Source: Prosthecodimorpha hirschii
GTDB lineage: Bacteria; Pseudomonadota; Alphaproteobacteria; Rhizobiales; Ancalomicrobiaceae
Length of the DNA stretch: 64,000 bases
Assembly (NCBI RefSeq): GCF_001305515.1
Contig: NZ_LJYW01000001.1
Location: forward strand, 2,381,618 to 2,445,617
Reading direction: 5' to 3'
How positions within the stretch are numbered: the first letter of the stretch is position 1; each line of letters begins with the position of its first letter. A program made the position numbers and the translations under genes. A model generated the notes under the pieces. That model had not been told where the DNA came from and did not search any database. It saw only the letters and a program-made list of their open reading frames with translations. Below are positions 41,283-50,929 of the stretch, piece after piece.

Positions 41283-42670
41283 TGCCCGCCGCACCGTCCC
41301 CCCGACCCCCGGCACCGCCCTCGTCCGCTCCCGATGCCGCCGGCCTCGCCCCGGTCGACCCCGCCATGCCGAGCCCGCCCCTGCCCCATCGCGTCAAGGG
41401 CTGGTGCCCGGGCGCGCTCCGGCCGATGGCGACCGGAGACGGTCTCCTGGTGCGGCTGCGGATCTCCGGCGGGCGCCTGTCGGCCGACCGCCTCGCCGCC
41501 GTCGCGGCACTGGCCCGGCGCCACGGCAACGGCCTCGTCGACCAGAGCCAGCGCGCCAATCTGCAACTGCGCGGGGTCACCGAACGGACCTGGCCGGACC
41601 TGATCGCCGCCCTGAACGATCTCGGCCTTCTCGACGCGGATGCCGAGGCGGAGGCGATCCGCAACATCGTGCCGAGCCCGCTGGCCGGCTGCGACCCGAC
41701 CGCGCCGGTCGACGGCACGGCGATCGCCGCGGATCTGGAACGGCGGCTCGGTGCCGACGAGGCCCTGAAGGCGCTGCCCGGCAAGTTCGGCTTCCTGGTC
41801 GACGAGGGTGGGCTTTTCCCGCTCGACGGGACCGCCACGGATATCCGCCTGACCGGCCGGACCGGCGGCCGCGTCCTGATCGCGCTCGCCGGCACAGCCA
41901 GCACTGCCGTATCGGCAACCACCGTACCGGAAGCACAAGCCGGGGCAACCGCGGTCGCCCTGGCGCAGGCCTATCTCGCCCTGCGGCAGCCGGAGGAACG
42001 GCGCCTCGCCGCCCTCCTCGCCCGGATCGGCGCACCGGCGCTCGTCCGCGCGGCCGGGCTCACGCCGATCGAGGCGCCGGCGTCGGTCCCTTCCCCGCAG
42101 CGCGGCGCGGCGCCAGCCGTCGGGTTCCATCCTTGGCCTTCCAGCGACGGGCGCGGCTTCCTGCATCTCGCCGCCCCCTTCGGCCGCTGGGACGCCGACC
42201 AGCTCGACGCGCTGGCCGATCTCGCGCGCCGCTTCGGGGACGGCGATATCCGCCTGACGCCCGGGCGTGCCGTGGTCCTGTCCGGCATCGCGACGGCCGC
42301 GCGCGCAGCCGCCCTCGCCGCAGCGGCAGGGGCCGGGATCGTCACGACGCCGCAGGATGCGCGGCTCGCTGTGGTCGCCTGCGCGGGCCGGCCGGATTGT
42401 TCCTCCGGTCTGCAGCCCGCCCGGACCGATGCCGCCCGCTTCGCCGCCGCGGCCGTGCGCCTGCCCGGCAGCGGCGTGCGCCTGCATGTCTCGGGTTGCC
42501 CGAAAGGCTGCGCCCAGCCCGGACCCGCCGCCTTGACGCTGGTCGGCCGGGAAGCCGGCTACGATCTCGTGCTCGACGGCGCGGCCGACCAGAGCCCCCA
42601 GGAATCCGCCCTCTCGGCCGAGGACGTGCTTGCACGGCTCGCCGCTCTGGCCGACAAGGGCCGACCATGA
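41279..42670 (+). CDS. cobG: precorrin-3B synthase CobG (O2-dependent)
   Basis: sulfite/nitrite-reductase-like ferredoxin half-domains, KGWCPG and SGCPKGC Fe-S motifs. Confidence 0.85.
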   Translation: MMPAAPSPRPPAPPSSAPDAAGLAPVDPAMPSPPLPHRVKGWCPGALRPMATGDGLLVRLRISGGRLSADRLAAVAALARRHGNGLVDQSQRANLQLRGVTERTWPDLIAALNDLGLLDADAEAEAIRNIVPSPLAGCDPTAPVDGTAIAADLERRLGADEALKALPGKFGFLVDEGGLFPLDGTATDIRLTGRTGGRVLIALAGTASTAVSATTVPEAQAGATAVALAQAYLALRQPEERRLAALLARIGAPALVRAAGLTPIEAPASVPSPQRGAAPAVGFHPWPSSDGRGFLHLAAPFGRWDADQLDALADLARRFGDGDIRLTPGRAVVLSGIATAARAAALAAAAGAGIVTTPQDARLAVVACAGRPDCSSGLQPARTDAARFAAAAVRLPGSGVRLHVSGCPKGCAQPGPAALTLVGREAGYDLVLDGAADQSPQESALSAEDVLARLAALADKGRP

Positions 42671-43314
42671 CCGATCATCGACCCGCCACCCGCGATCACC
42701 ATATCCGCGACGGCCAGGCCATCTACGACCGCTCCTTCGCGATCATCCGCGCCGAGGCTGATCTGGCGCGCTTCTCAGCGGACGAGGAGAAGGTCGCGGT
42801 GCGCATCATCCATGCCTGCGGGATGGTCGAGATCGCCGCCGATCTGGCCTTCTCGCCCGGCGCCGTCGCGGCCGCCAAGGCGGCGCTCGCCGCGGGGGCG
42901 CCGGTGCTGTGCGATGCCAAGATGGTCGCCAACGGCGTCACCCGGGCGCGCCTGCCGGCCAGCAACGACGTCGTCTGCACCCTCGACGACCCGTCCGTGC
43001 CCGACCTCGCCCGTCGCATCGGCAACACCCGCACGGCCGCCGCCATGGAACTCTGGCGCGATCGGCTGCCCGGTTCCGTGGTGGCGATCGGCAATGCGCC
43101 GACCGCGCTGTTCCGGCTGCTGGATCTGCTCGATGAGGGCGTGGCGCCGCCGGCCGCCGTGATCGGCATGCCGGTCGGCTTCGTCGGCGCGGCGGAATCC
43201 AAGGAGGCGCTGATGGCGGACGGGCGGGTTCCCTATCTGGTCGTGCGCGGGCGCAAGGGCGGCAGTGCCATGACGGCGGCGGCGGTCAACGCGGTGGCGA
43301 GCGAGCGGGAATGA
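42667..43314 (+). CDS. cobH: precorrin-8X methylmutase
   Basis: 215 aa; IIRAEADL...VRIIHACGM motifs; ATGA overlap with cobG. Confidence 0.88.
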   Translation: MTDHRPATRDHHIRDGQAIYDRSFAIIRAEADLARFSADEEKVAVRIIHACGMVEIAADLAFSPGAVAAAKAALAAGAPVLCDAKMVANGVTRARLPASNDVVCTLDDPSVPDLARRIGNTRTAAAMELWRDRLPGSVVAIGNAPTALFRLLDLLDEGVAPPAAVIGMPVGFVGAAESKEALMADGRVPYLVVRGRKGGSAMTAAAVNAVASERE

Positions 43315-44084
43315 ACCTCTTCGATCCCGCCTTCGTCCCCGCCCGCGCGCCCGGCCAGACCGTCGGCACGCTGCACGGCATCGGCCTCGGGCCGGGCGAT
43401 CCCGATCTGCTGACCGTCAAGGCCGTCCGGCTGATCCGCGCGGCGCCGGTGGTCGCCTATTTCGCGAAGAAGGGCCGGCGCGGCAACGCCCGCACCATCG
43501 TCGATTCCTGGCTCGCCGCGAGCGTCGAGGAGATGCCGCTCGAATATCCGGTGACGACCGAGATCGGCTTCGCCGAGGAAGGCTACCGGCGCGAACTCGG
43601 CAGCTTCTACGAGGAGGCCGCCGCCCGGCTCGGCGCGGTGCTCGCTTCGGGGCGCGACGTGGCGCTGCTCGCCGAGGGCGATCCGCTGTTCTACGGCTCG
43701 TTCATGCATCTCTTCGTGCGCCTGGACGGCCGCTTCCCGGTTTCGATCGTGCCGGGCGTCACCGGCATGTCGGGCTGCTGGACGGCGGCGCGCAGCCCGA
43801 TCACCTGGGGCGACGACGTGCTCACCGTGCTGCCCGGCACGCTGCCCGAGGCGACCCTGGTCGAGCGGCTGAAGGCGACCGACGCGGCCGTGGTCATGAA
43901 GCTCGGCAGCCATTTCGCCAAGGTGCGGCGCGCGCTCGCCGCTGCCGGACGCGACGACGAGGCGATCTATGTCGAACGCGGCACCATGGCGGGCGAGACC
44001 GTGATGCGGCTCGCCGACAAGCCGGACGACGACGCGCCCTATTTCTCGATCCTGCTCGTGCCCGGCCACGGGAGGCGGCCGTGA
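43311..44084 (+). CDS. cobI: precorrin-2 C20-methyltransferase
   Basis: [16 protein letters not shown] tetrapyrrole methylase motif. Confidence 0.88.
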   Translation: MNLFDPAFVPARAPGQTVGTLHGIGLGPGDPDLLTVKAVRLIRAAPVVAYFAKKGRRGNARTIVDSWLAASVEEMPLEYPVTTEIGFAEEGYRRELGSFYEEAAARLGAVLASGRDVALLAEGDPLFYGSFMHLFVRLDGRFPVSIVPGVTGMSGCWTAARSPITWGDDVLTVLPGTLPEATLVERLKATDAAVVMKLGSHFAKVRRALAAAGRDDEAIYVERGTMAGETVMRLADKPDDDAPYFSILLVPGHGRRP

Positions 44085-44926
44085 TCGCTGCCTCTGTGGC
44101 TCCGGCGACCGATGCCCCTGCGACCGGGAGTCACGCGACCGGGACTCCGGCGCCCGGGACTCCGGCGACCGGCCGCCTGCGCGTCGTCGGCCTCGGCCCC
44201 GGCCCGGCGCGCTGGCTGACGCCCGAGGCGGCCGAGGCACTCGATGCGGCAACCGATCTGGTCGGCTACGGCCCCTATGTCGACCGGGTGCCCGCGCGGC
44301 CCGGCTTGACCCGCCATGCCACCGACAACCGGGTCGAGATCGACCGCGCCCGCCATGCCCTCGAACTGGCGTCGGCCGGCCGTTCGGTCGCGGTCGTCTC
44401 CGGTGGCGATCCGGGCGTCTTCGCGATGGCGGCGGCCCTGTTCGAGGCGGTCGAGGCCGGCCCGGCGGTATGGCGCGCGCTCGATATCGAGGTCCATCCC
44501 GGCATCAGCGCCATGCAGGCCGCCGCGGCCCGGCTCGGTGCGCCGCTCGGCCACGATTTCTGCGCCATCTCGCTGTCGGACAATCTGAAGCCCTGGGAGC
44601 TCGTGCTGCGCCGGCTGACCGCCGCGGCGACCGGCGATTTCGTGATCGCGCTCTACAATCCCGCCTCCAAGGCGCGGCCCGACCGCATCTTCCAGGCCTT
44701 CGACCACTTGAGGACCCTGAAGGACCCCGCGACCCCGGTCGCCTTCGCGCGCGCGGTCGGCCGGCCGGACGAACGCATCCGCATCGCCGCGCTCGGCAGC
44801 GCCGATCCGGGTCTCGCCGACATGGCGACCCTGGTGATGATCGGCTCCAGCGAGACCCGTCTCATCGACCGGCCCGGCCGCGATCCCTGGATCTACACGC
44901 CGCGCCAGGCCGGGGGCGCCCGGTGA
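44081..44926 (+). CDS. cobJ: precorrin-3B C17-methyltransferase
   Basis: VVGLGPGPARWLTPEA..VVSGGDPGVF motifs. Confidence 0.88.
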   Translation: MIAASVAPATDAPATGSHATGTPAPGTPATGRLRVVGLGPGPARWLTPEAAEALDAATDLVGYGPYVDRVPARPGLTRHATDNRVEIDRARHALELASAGRSVAVVSGGDPGVFAMAAALFEAVEAGPAVWRALDIEVHPGISAMQAAAARLGAPLGHDFCAISLSDNLKPWELVLRRLTAAATGDFVIALYNPASKARPDRIFQAFDHLRTLKDPATPVAFARAVGRPDERIRIAALGSADPGLADMATLVMIGSSETRLIDRPGRDPWIYTPRQAGGAR

Positions 44927-46164
44927 GCGAGGCCGTGCCGGCGCGCTGGCTGACCCTGATCGGTCTCGGCGAGGACGGGCTCGACGGCCTCGCGCCGACG
45001 GCCCGGCGCGTGCTGGCCGATGCCGAGCTGGTCGTCGGCGGCGCCCGCCACCTGCGCCTCGCCGGGCTCGATTCCGATCGGCCCTCGGATTCCGGACCGC
45101 AGCGTCTGGTCTGGCCGTCGCCGCTCGTCGGCGCGATTCCCGACATTCTTGGCTGGCGCGGCCGCCGGGTGGTGGTGCTCGCCTCCGGCGACCCGTTCCA
45201 CTACGGCGTCGGCGCGACGCTCGCCGCCCATGTGCCGGCCGACGAGATGCTCTGCCTGCCGGCCCCGTCCGCCTTCGCGCTCGCCGCCGCGCGGCTCGGC
45301 TGGGGCCAGCAGGATTGCACGCTCCTGTCGCTGCACGGCCGCAGCTTCGAGCGGATCGTGCCCACGCTGCAGCCCGGCGCCCGCATCCTGGCGCTCAGCT
45401 GGGACGGCACCACGCCCGGACGGATCGCCGCGACGCTCGCCGCCCGGGGCCTCGGCGACACCCGCATGACGGTACTCGAATGCCTCGGCGGCCCGCGCGA
45501 ACGCATCCGCACGACGACCGCGGCCGGCTTCGAACTCGACGGCATCGACCCGCTCAACACCGTCGCGCTCGAGGTGGTCGCCGGCCGCGACGCCTGGATC
45601 CTGCCGCGCGCGGCCGGCCTGCCCGACGAGGCCTTCGAGAGCGACGGTCAAATTACCAAGCGCGAGATCCGGGCGATCACGCTGTCCGCACTCGCGCCCC
45701 GGCGCGGCGAACTTCTGTGGGATGTCGGCGCCGGCTCGGGCTCCGTCGGCATCGAATGGATGCTGGCCGACCCAAACCTCGCAACAATCGCGATCGAGCC
45801 GCGCCGCGACCGCGCCGCGCGGATTGCCCGCAACGCGGCCGCGCTCGGCGTGCCGGGTCTCCAAATCGTCGACGGCGCGGCCCCGGCGGCGCTCGCCGGA
45901 CTGCCGACGCCGGACGCGATCTTCGTCGGCGGCGGCGCCACGGCGGAGGGCGTGATCGAGGCCTGTCTGGCGGCGCTGAAGCCCGGCGGGCGATTGGTCG
46001 TCAACGGCGTCACGCTGGAGGCGCAGGCGCGGCTCGGCGACGAGCGGCGTCGGCGCGGCGGCGATCTCATCATGCTGCAGGTGGCGCGGGCCGAACCGCT
46101 CGGCGGCTTTCTCGGCTGGCGACCGGCCATGCCGGTGGTGCAATGGCGGATGGAGAAGCCATGA
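44923..46164 (+). CDS. cobL: precorrin-6Y C5,15-methyltransferase (decarboxylating)
   Basis: GTG start overlapping cobJ stop (GTGA); [11 protein letters not shown]-domain plus C-terminal SAM-MTase [10 protein letters not shown]. Confidence 0.85.
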   Translation: MSEAVPARWLTLIGLGEDGLDGLAPTARRVLADAELVVGGARHLRLAGLDSDRPSDSGPQRLVWPSPLVGAIPDILGWRGRRVVVLASGDPFHYGVGATLAAHVPADEMLCLPAPSAFALAAARLGWGQQDCTLLSLHGRSFERIVPTLQPGARILALSWDGTTPGRIAATLAARGLGDTRMTVLECLGGPRERIRTTTAAGFELDGIDPLNTVALEVVAGRDAWILPRAAGLPDEAFESDGQITKREIRAITLSALAPRRGELLWDVGAGSGSVGIEWMLADPNLATIAIEPRRDRAARIARNAAALGVPGLQIVDGAAPAALAGLPTPDAIFVGGGATAEGVIEACLAALKPGGRLVVNGVTLEAQARLGDERRRRGGDLIMLQVARAEPLGGFLGWRPAMPVVQWRMEKP

Positions 46165-46583
46165 ATCGACGCGGCGCAAGGCTTGCCGTCGGCATCGGCT
46201 GCCGGACCGGGGTCGCGGGACCGGCCGCCGCGGCGCTGATCGAACGGGCGCTGGCGGCGGCGCGCGCGCTTCCCGAAGCGGCCGGCTTCGCGCCGGGCGC
46301 GGCGGTGTTCACGGCTGTGGAGAAGCGCGCCGAGACCGGCCTGGTCGAGGCCGCGAGCCGGCTCGGCCTGGCGCTGGTCTTCCTGCCGCGCAATGCGCTC
46401 GAGGCCGTCTCGGACGGCACCGTGACCCGGTCGGAACGCGTCGTGCAGCTGTTCGGCGTGCCCTCGATCGCCGAGACCGCCGCGCTTGCCGGTGCCGGAC
46501 CGGGCGCACGGCTGATCGTGCCGCGCATGGCCTCGGACGGGATCACCTGCGCGGTCGCGGTGGCGGACGGGAGGGCCGGATGA
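46161..46583 (+). CDS. cobE: cobalamin biosynthesis protein CobE (CbiG C-terminal domain-like)
   Basis: 140 aa [18 protein letters not shown]...; overlaps cobL stop and cobM start. Confidence 0.7.
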   Translation: MNRRGARLAVGIGCRTGVAGPAAAALIERALAAARALPEAAGFAPGAAVFTAVEKRAETGLVEAASRLGLALVFLPRNALEAVSDGTVTRSERVVQLFGVPSIAETAALAGAGPGARLIVPRMASDGITCAVAVADGRAG

Positions 46584-47353
46584 CGGTGCATTTCATCGGC
46601 GCCGGGCCGGGCGCCCCGGACCTGATCACCCTGCGCGGCCGCGACCTGATCGCCGCCTCGCCGGTCTGCCTCTATGCCGGCTCGCTGGTGCCGGCGGCGC
46701 TGCTCGGCCATTGCCCGCCGGGTGCCCGCATCGTCGATACCGCGCCGCTGTCGCTCGACGAGATCGAGGCCGAATTCGTCCGCGCCGCCGCGGCCGGCCA
46801 GGATGTCGCGCGGCTGCATTCCGGCGACCTGTCGGTCTGGAGCGCGATGGGCGAGCAGATCCGCCGGCTCGACCGGCTCGGCATTGCCTACACGGTGACG
46901 CCCGGCGTGCCGGCCTTCGCGGCCGCCGCCGCGGCGCTGAAGCGCGAACTGACGCTGCCCGAGGTCGGCCAGTCGCTGGTGCTGACCCGCACGCCCGGCC
47001 GTGCCTCCTCGATGCCGCCCGGCGAGACGCTGGCCGGTTTCGCCGCGACCGGGGCGACGCTGGCGGTGCATCTCTCGATCCACGCGCTCGCCGAGGTGGT
47101 CGACAGCCTCGTACCGCATTACGGCCCCGACTGCCCGGTGGCGATCGTCTACCGCGCCTCCTGGCCGGACGAACGCGTGCTGGAAGGCACGCTCGCCAGC
47201 ATCGTCGCGACGGTCGCCGCCGACCCGATCGAGCGGACCGCGCTGATCCTGGTCGGGCCGGTGCTCGGGAAATCAGATTTCCGCGAGAGCGCCCTCTACG
47301 ACCCGGGCTACCAGCGCCGCTACCGCGGCCGCGGCGGACCCGGCGAGGGGTGA
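46580..47353 (+). CDS. cobM: precorrin-4 C11-methyltransferase
   Basis: [20 protein letters not shown] tetrapyrrole methylase. Confidence 0.9.
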   Translation: MTVHFIGAGPGAPDLITLRGRDLIAASPVCLYAGSLVPAALLGHCPPGARIVDTAPLSLDEIEAEFVRAAAAGQDVARLHSGDLSVWSAMGEQIRRLDRLGIAYTVTPGVPAFAAAAAALKRELTLPEVGQSLVLTRTPGRASSMPPGETLAGFAATGATLAVHLSIHALAEVVDSLVPHYGPDCPVAIVYRASWPDERVLEGTLASIVATVAADPIERTALILVGPVLGKSDFRESALYDPGYQRRYRGRGGPGEG

Positions 47354-47369
47354 GCCGCCGGAGGAGGCG

Positions 47370-47447
47370 GTCGACGGTCGACGGTCGGCGGTCGGCGGTC
47401 GGCGGTCGGCGGTCGGCGGTCGGCGGTCGGCGGTCGGCAAAGCCTGA
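47370..47447. repeat. heptanucleotide microsatellite (CGGTCGR)x11
   Basis: Direct reading: cggtcga cggtcga cggtcgg x9 immediately after cobM stop. Confidence 0.9.
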
Positions 47448-47604
47448 CGGACGATCGGGCTTATACGTCCATATAAAAGACGATCCCCACATCTCGGATT
47501 TCGCTTGAGGTCCGCAGGCCGACAGCGGTCCCGCCATCGATCACGAATTCGTTTCTTTCATGATTTCAGTACCTTGAAAAATTCGCATCGGCACCGATCC
47601 GATC

Positions 47605-47620
47605 TGGCACGCGGCTCGCA
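47605..47620 (+). promoter_or_regulatory. sigma54 (RpoN)-type -24/-12 promoter candidate upstream of rsr
   Basis: TGGCACGcggcTCGCA matches TGGCACG-N4-TTGCW with one mismatch; 37 bp upstream of rsr ATG; GAAGGAG RBS at 47643. Confidence 0.5.
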
Positions 47621-47656
47621 GTAGAGGGGGCATGACAGACCGAAGGAGATCGTGTC

Positions 47657-49213
47657 ATGGCCAACAAGTCCCTGTTCGCATCCTATATCGGGAAGCTGCT
47701 CCCGAAGGCGAATGCCAAGAATCGGCACGGGGCGCCGGCCTATGAGCTGTCGCCGCGCCACCGCCTCGCCCAGCTCGCCGCCACCGGCACGCTGAACGCG
47801 ACCTTCTATGCGGATGCCAAGGAGCAGCTCGACGCGATCCTGGCGCTCGCCCGCGAGGTCGACGCGACCTTCATCGCCAAGACGGCGGTCTATGCCCGCC
47901 GCAAGGGGGCGATGAAGGACATGCCGGCGCTCCTGGTCGCGCTCCTGTCGACGATGGCGACCGACCTGTTCGCGCCGGCCTTCGTCCGCACGATCGACAA
48001 CGGCCGCATGCTGCGCACCTTCGTGCAGATCATGCGGTCCGGGGCGGTCGGGCGGAAGTCGCTCGGCACGCGGCCGAAGCGGATGGTCCAGGCCTGGCTC
48101 GAACAGGCCTCCGAGGCCGAGTTGATGCGTGCCGCGGTCGGTGCGGATCCGTCGCTCGCCGACGTCGTCAAGATGGTGCATCCGCGGCCGGCCGATGCCG
48201 GACGGCGCGCCTTCTACGCCTGGCTGATCGGCAAGCCCTATGACGTTGCGGCCCTGCCGCCGCTCGTCACCGCCTTCGAGGCCTTCAAGCGCGATCCCTC
48301 GCTCGAAGTCCCGGAGGTGCCGTTCCAGATGCTGACCTCGATGCCGCTGACCGCGGCGCATTGGGCGGCGATCGCGGAGCGCGGGGGCTGGCAGATGCTG
48401 CGCATGAACATCGCCACCTTCGCGCGCCACGGCGTGTTCGAACGGCCCGGCATGGTCGAGCGGATCGCCCGCCGGCTCGCCGATCCGGCCGAAATCCGCC
48501 GGGCGCGGGCGCTGCCCTACCAGCTCATGGCGGCGCACGCCATGGTGGCCGGGACGGCGCCGGAGCCGATCGTGGCGGCGCTGCAGGACGCGCTGGAGAT
48601 CGCCCTCGCCAACGTGCCGAAGGTCAAGGGGCGCGTGGTCGTCTGCCCGGACGTGTCCGGATCGATGCGCTCCCCGGTGACCGGCTATCGTCGCGGCTCG
48701 ACCACGGCGGTGCGCTGCGTCGACGTGGCGGCGCTGGTGGCGGCGGCCTTCCTGCGCGCCAACCCGGACACGGAGGTGCTGCCGTTCGAGAACGACGTGA
48801 TCAAGCTCCGGCTCGATCCGCGCGACACGGTGACCACCAACGCGGCCAAGCTGGCGGCGATCGGCGGCGGCGGGACCAACTGCTCGGCGCCTCTGGAAAT
48901 GCTCGTCAAGCGGCATGCCAGGGTCGATCTGGTGGTGTTCGTCTCGGACAACGAGTCCTGGGTCGATGCCGCCGAGGCGCGCGGCTCGACGGCGCTGATG
49001 CAGGCCTGGACCCGGCTCAAGTCCTACAACAAGGACGCCAAGCTGGTGTGCATCGACCTGCAGCCCAACGCCACCACGCAGGCCGTCGATCGGCCGGACA
49101 TCCTCAATGTCGGGGGCTTCTCCGACGCGGTGTTCGAAACGATCGGCGCCTTCATGGAGGGCCGCTCCGCCGCCGACCACTGGGTCCGCGAGATCGAGGC
49201 GACCAAGCTCTGA
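47657..49213 (+). CDS. rsr: Ro60 ribonucleoprotein orthologue Rsr (TROVE domain + C-terminal vWA/MIDAS)
   Basis: 518 aa; TROVE-like N-terminal region and vWA motif VVCPDVSGSM...GGGTNCSAP, matching the bacterial Ro60 domain architecture. Confidence 0.8.
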   Translation: MANKSLFASYIGKLLPKANAKNRHGAPAYELSPRHRLAQLAATGTLNATFYADAKEQLDAILALAREVDATFIAKTAVYARRKGAMKDMPALLVALLSTMATDLFAPAFVRTIDNGRMLRTFVQIMRSGAVGRKSLGTRPKRMVQAWLEQASEAELMRAAVGADPSLADVVKMVHPRPADAGRRAFYAWLIGKPYDVAALPPLVTAFEAFKRDPSLEVPEVPFQMLTSMPLTAAHWAAIAERGGWQMLRMNIATFARHGVFERPGMVERIARRLADPAEIRRARALPYQLMAAHAMVAGTAPEPIVAALQDALEIALANVPKVKGRVVVCPDVSGSMRSPVTGYRRGSTTAVRCVDVAALVAAAFLRANPDTEVLPFENDVIKLRLDPRDTVTTNAAKLAAIGGGGTNCSAPLEMLVKRHARVDLVVFVSDNESWVDAAEARGSTALMQAWTRLKSYNKDAKLVCIDLQPNATTQAVDRPDILNVGGFSDAVFETIGAFMEGRSAADHWVREIEATKL

Positions 49214-49214
49214 A

Positions 49215-49376
49215 CCGGCCGGCCGATCCCGATCGGCCGGCCCACCGAACGACACCGCCGGCATCCGCCGGCCGGCCGGTCCCGATCGGCCGGACCACCC
49301 AAAGACGCCGCCGGCATCCGCCGGCCGGCCGATCCTGATCGGCCGGACCACAGAACGATACCGCCGGCATCCGCCG
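49215..49376 (+). repeat. three tandem ~53-bp repeats each with two hairpins (CCGGCCGATC-cc-GATCGGCCGG and GCCGGC-atcc-GCCGGC)
   Basis: Direct reading immediately after rsr stop; units at ~49215, 49268, 49321. Confidence 0.85.
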
Positions 49377-49450
49377 GCTGGGCCGACCGCCCGGCATCGC
49401 CCGGCCGGTCAGGCCATCGACAAGCCCCTGCCGGGTCCGCCCGGCAGGGG

Positions 49451-49528
49451 GGACGGCCGGGGGGAATGCTTCCGGGGACTCCATCGCTTCTCACGATCCA
49501 AAGTCCCAGGGTTTCGTCTCGTCCCCCC
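49451..49528 (+). ncRNA. short Y-RNA-like module 1 (G6-AAUGC ... GGGACU hairpin ... CUCGU-C6)
   Basis: GAATGC 49464-49469, GACTCCATC 49477-49485, hairpin GGGACT/AGTCCC, CTCGT 49518-49522, C6 49523-49528 pairing with G6 49459-49464. Confidence 0.5.
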
Positions 49529-49759
49529 GACCCGCTCTTTCCGGGGCCCTGCCGCCGGGGATCCGCGACGATCCCGGCGGCCGCGCTCCGAGCCGCCCGG
49601 CCGACGACAGTCGGCCGAACGATCATAACTTGCTGACGCCCGTCGGCCGACCGAACCGAACGTGCCGGTATCCGCCGGCCGATTGAAGCGGACCGGTCGG
49701 CAGCGACCGGCCGACCGTCAACCCATCCCTGCCGGGTCCGCCCGGCAGAACCGAAAGCC

Positions 49760-49827
49760 GGGGGGAATGCCTCCGGGGACTCCATCGTTTGTGACGACCC
49801 TGGTCCCCGGTTTCATCTCGTCCCCCC
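49760..49827 (+). ncRNA. short Y-RNA-like module 2
   Basis: Same architecture: G6 49760-65, GAATGC 49765-70, GGGGAC 49775-80 / GTCCCC 49804-09, CTCGT 49817-21, C6 49822-27; embedded in ~210-bp tandem unit. Confidence 0.5.
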
Positions 49828-49971
49828 GACCCGTCCGTCCCGGGTCCCGCCGCGCGCGGTCCTCGGGTGTCCCCGGGGGCGGCACCCCAACCAACCGAGC
49901 GACCGGCCGGCAGCGACCGGTCGGCCGTCAACCCATCCCTGCCGGGTCCGCCCGGCAAAACCGAAAAGGCC

Positions 49972-50038
49972 GGGGGGAATGCCTCCGGGGACTCCATCAC
50001 TCCCATGACCCAGGTCCCCGGAACAAACTCGTCCTCCC
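49972..50038 (+). ncRNA. short Y-RNA-like module 3
   Basis: G6 49972-77, GAATGC 49977-82, GGGGAC/GTCCCC hairpin, CTCGT 50028-32, CCTCCC 50033-38. Confidence 0.5.
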
Positions 50039-50169
50039 GGCTCGCTCTTCCGCCAGCCTCGCGTCCCCCGGCACCCGGATCTCCCGATCCCGGTGCCGGG
50101 GGCGGCGCCGATCAGCCAATGCGAAGCCGTGCCGCCACGTCCGGGCCTCGTGCCCGGGTGCGACGGCTC

Positions 50170-50220
50170 GTGGTTCGATCGAGCCGGATGGCACCCATCC
50201 GGCTCGCGAATCCGAACCAC
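50170..50220 (+). ncRNA. long interrupted stem-loop (8 bp + internal loop + 11 bp, loop CAC)
   Basis: GTGGTTCG-atc-GAGCCGGATGG-cac-CCATCCGGCTC-gcgaat-CGAACCAC. Confidence 0.5.
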
Positions 50221-50247
50221 CAACTCTTTGATGGCGTGGTCAATTCG

Positions 50248-50280
50248 ATCTGACATATGCGGGACGCACATGTCCGATTT
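50248..50280 (+). terminator. candidate rho-independent terminator within the RNA array
   Basis: ACATATGCG-gga-CGCACATGT stem (one mismatch) followed by CCGATTTTG. Confidence 0.4.
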
Positions 50281-50301
50281 TGACCACCAAGGCGGCCCGA
50301 A

Positions 50302-50381
50302 CCGGGCGGAGGGAATGCGGCATGGGACTCCATTCTTTGGGTGAACGACGGTCCCGCGCCTTGACTCGTCCCTCCGACCGG
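50302..50381 (+). ncRNA. short Y-RNA-like module 4
   Basis: terminal stem CCGGGCGGAGG/CCTCCGACCGG (one mismatch), GAATGC 50313-18, GGGAC...GTCCC hairpin, CTCGT 50365-69. Confidence 0.5.
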
Positions 50382-50396
50382 TTCGGACTGCTGTCC

Positions 50397-50530
50397 GGCC
50401 GAGACGAATGCCGAAGGAACTCCATCCAACGTGAATGGCGCGGGTTCAAATCCCGCCGGACCGGCAACGGGCCGTAGCTCAGCGGATAGAGCGTCATGTG
50501 CGATTCCTTCAAAGCCTCGTCGTCTCGGCC
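50397..50530 (+). ncRNA. YrlA-like Y RNA with circularly permuted tRNA-like domain (module 5)
   Basis: 10-bp terminal stem GGCCGAGACG/CGTCTCGGCC and second helix GAAGGAA/TTCCTTC flank internal loop AATGCC / AAAGCCTCGT. The interior holds a T-arm GCGGG-TTCAAAT-CCCGC (50440-56), an acceptor-like stem CGGACCG/CGGGCCG closed by a GCAA tetraloop, and a D-arm TA-GCTC-AGCGGATA-GAGC (50475-92). No anticodon arm; T5 tract follows at 50534-38. Confidence 0.65.
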
Positions 50531-50561
50531 ACCTTTTTCTCGAAACACGCGGCGCTCGGAA

Positions 50562-50729
50562 GGCCGCGGCGAATGCAGGCGGGACTCCATCGGTAAGCCC
50601 CAGGGCGAGAGGTTCGAATCCTCACGCCGGCTGCCGGCAGCACGGTTCGATCGGGCCACCAGGCCCGACCGGCACCGCAATGCTCTCGGCCGGCCGACGT
50701 TAACCCCGCCGCCTCTCGTCGCCGCGACC
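50562..50729 (+). ncRNA. divergent Y-RNA-like module 6 (two T-loop-like motifs, no canonical D-arm)
   Basis: terminal stem GGCCGCGGCG/CGCCGCGACC (one mismatch), GAATGC 50571-76, GGTTCGAATCC at 50611-21 and GGTTCGATC at 50644-52, CTCGT 50715-19. Confidence 0.45.
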
Positions 50730-50766
50730 TCCACCGCGCCGATCCGCAGCCCTATTCCGGCCGCAA

Positions 50767-50929
50767 GGCCGTGACGAATGCCGACGAAACTCCATCATTG
50801 TGCTGACCAGGTCGCGGGTTCGACTCCCGCCGGGTCCACCCTCGGGTGGCCCGTAGCTCAGCGGTAGAGCAGGGGCCGACGGCTCTCCGGAGCCCGAAGC
50901 CACGTTTCGTCCCCCTCGTCGTCACGGCC
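50767..50929 (+). ncRNA. YrlA-like Y RNA with circularly permuted tRNA-like domain (module 7)
   Basis: 10-bp terminal stem GGCCGTGACG/CGTCACGGCC, helix GACGAAA/TTTCGTC, internal loop AATGCC / CCCCTCGT; T-arm GCGGG-TTCGACT-CCCGC (50814-30), acceptor-like stem CGGGTCCACC/GGTGGCCCG closed by CTCG loop, D-arm TA-GCTC-AGCGGTA-GAGC (50854-70). Confidence 0.65.

Noticed and set aside
44893-46179. 428-aa minus-strand ORF (possible cobK)
   Set aside because: Checked for a precorrin-6A reductase motif; translation is low-complexity and fully antisense to the well-supported cobL/cobE genes. cobK is therefore not in this window
47353-47656. RtcR/RtcB genes expected next to rsr
   Set aside because: No ORF with bEBP or RtcB features in the flanks. 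Upstream is cobM and downstream is the RNA array, so they are absent from this window
49024-50774. Multiple short ORFs on both strands across the RNA array (e.g. 49107..49628, 49662..50231, 50240..50734)
   Set aside because: Overlapping, repeat-derived, Pro/Arg/Gly-rich translations with no RBS or homology. The region is better explained as structured non-coding RNA
50468-50870. Apparent tRNA genes (GGGCCGTAGCTCAGCGGATAGAGC, GGCCCGTAGCTCAGCGGTAGAGC)
   Set aside because: Only the acceptor 5' strand, D-arm and T-arm are present, in permuted order with a closed acceptor stem and no anticodon arm or CCA. Called Y-RNA-like tRNA mimics rather than tRNAs
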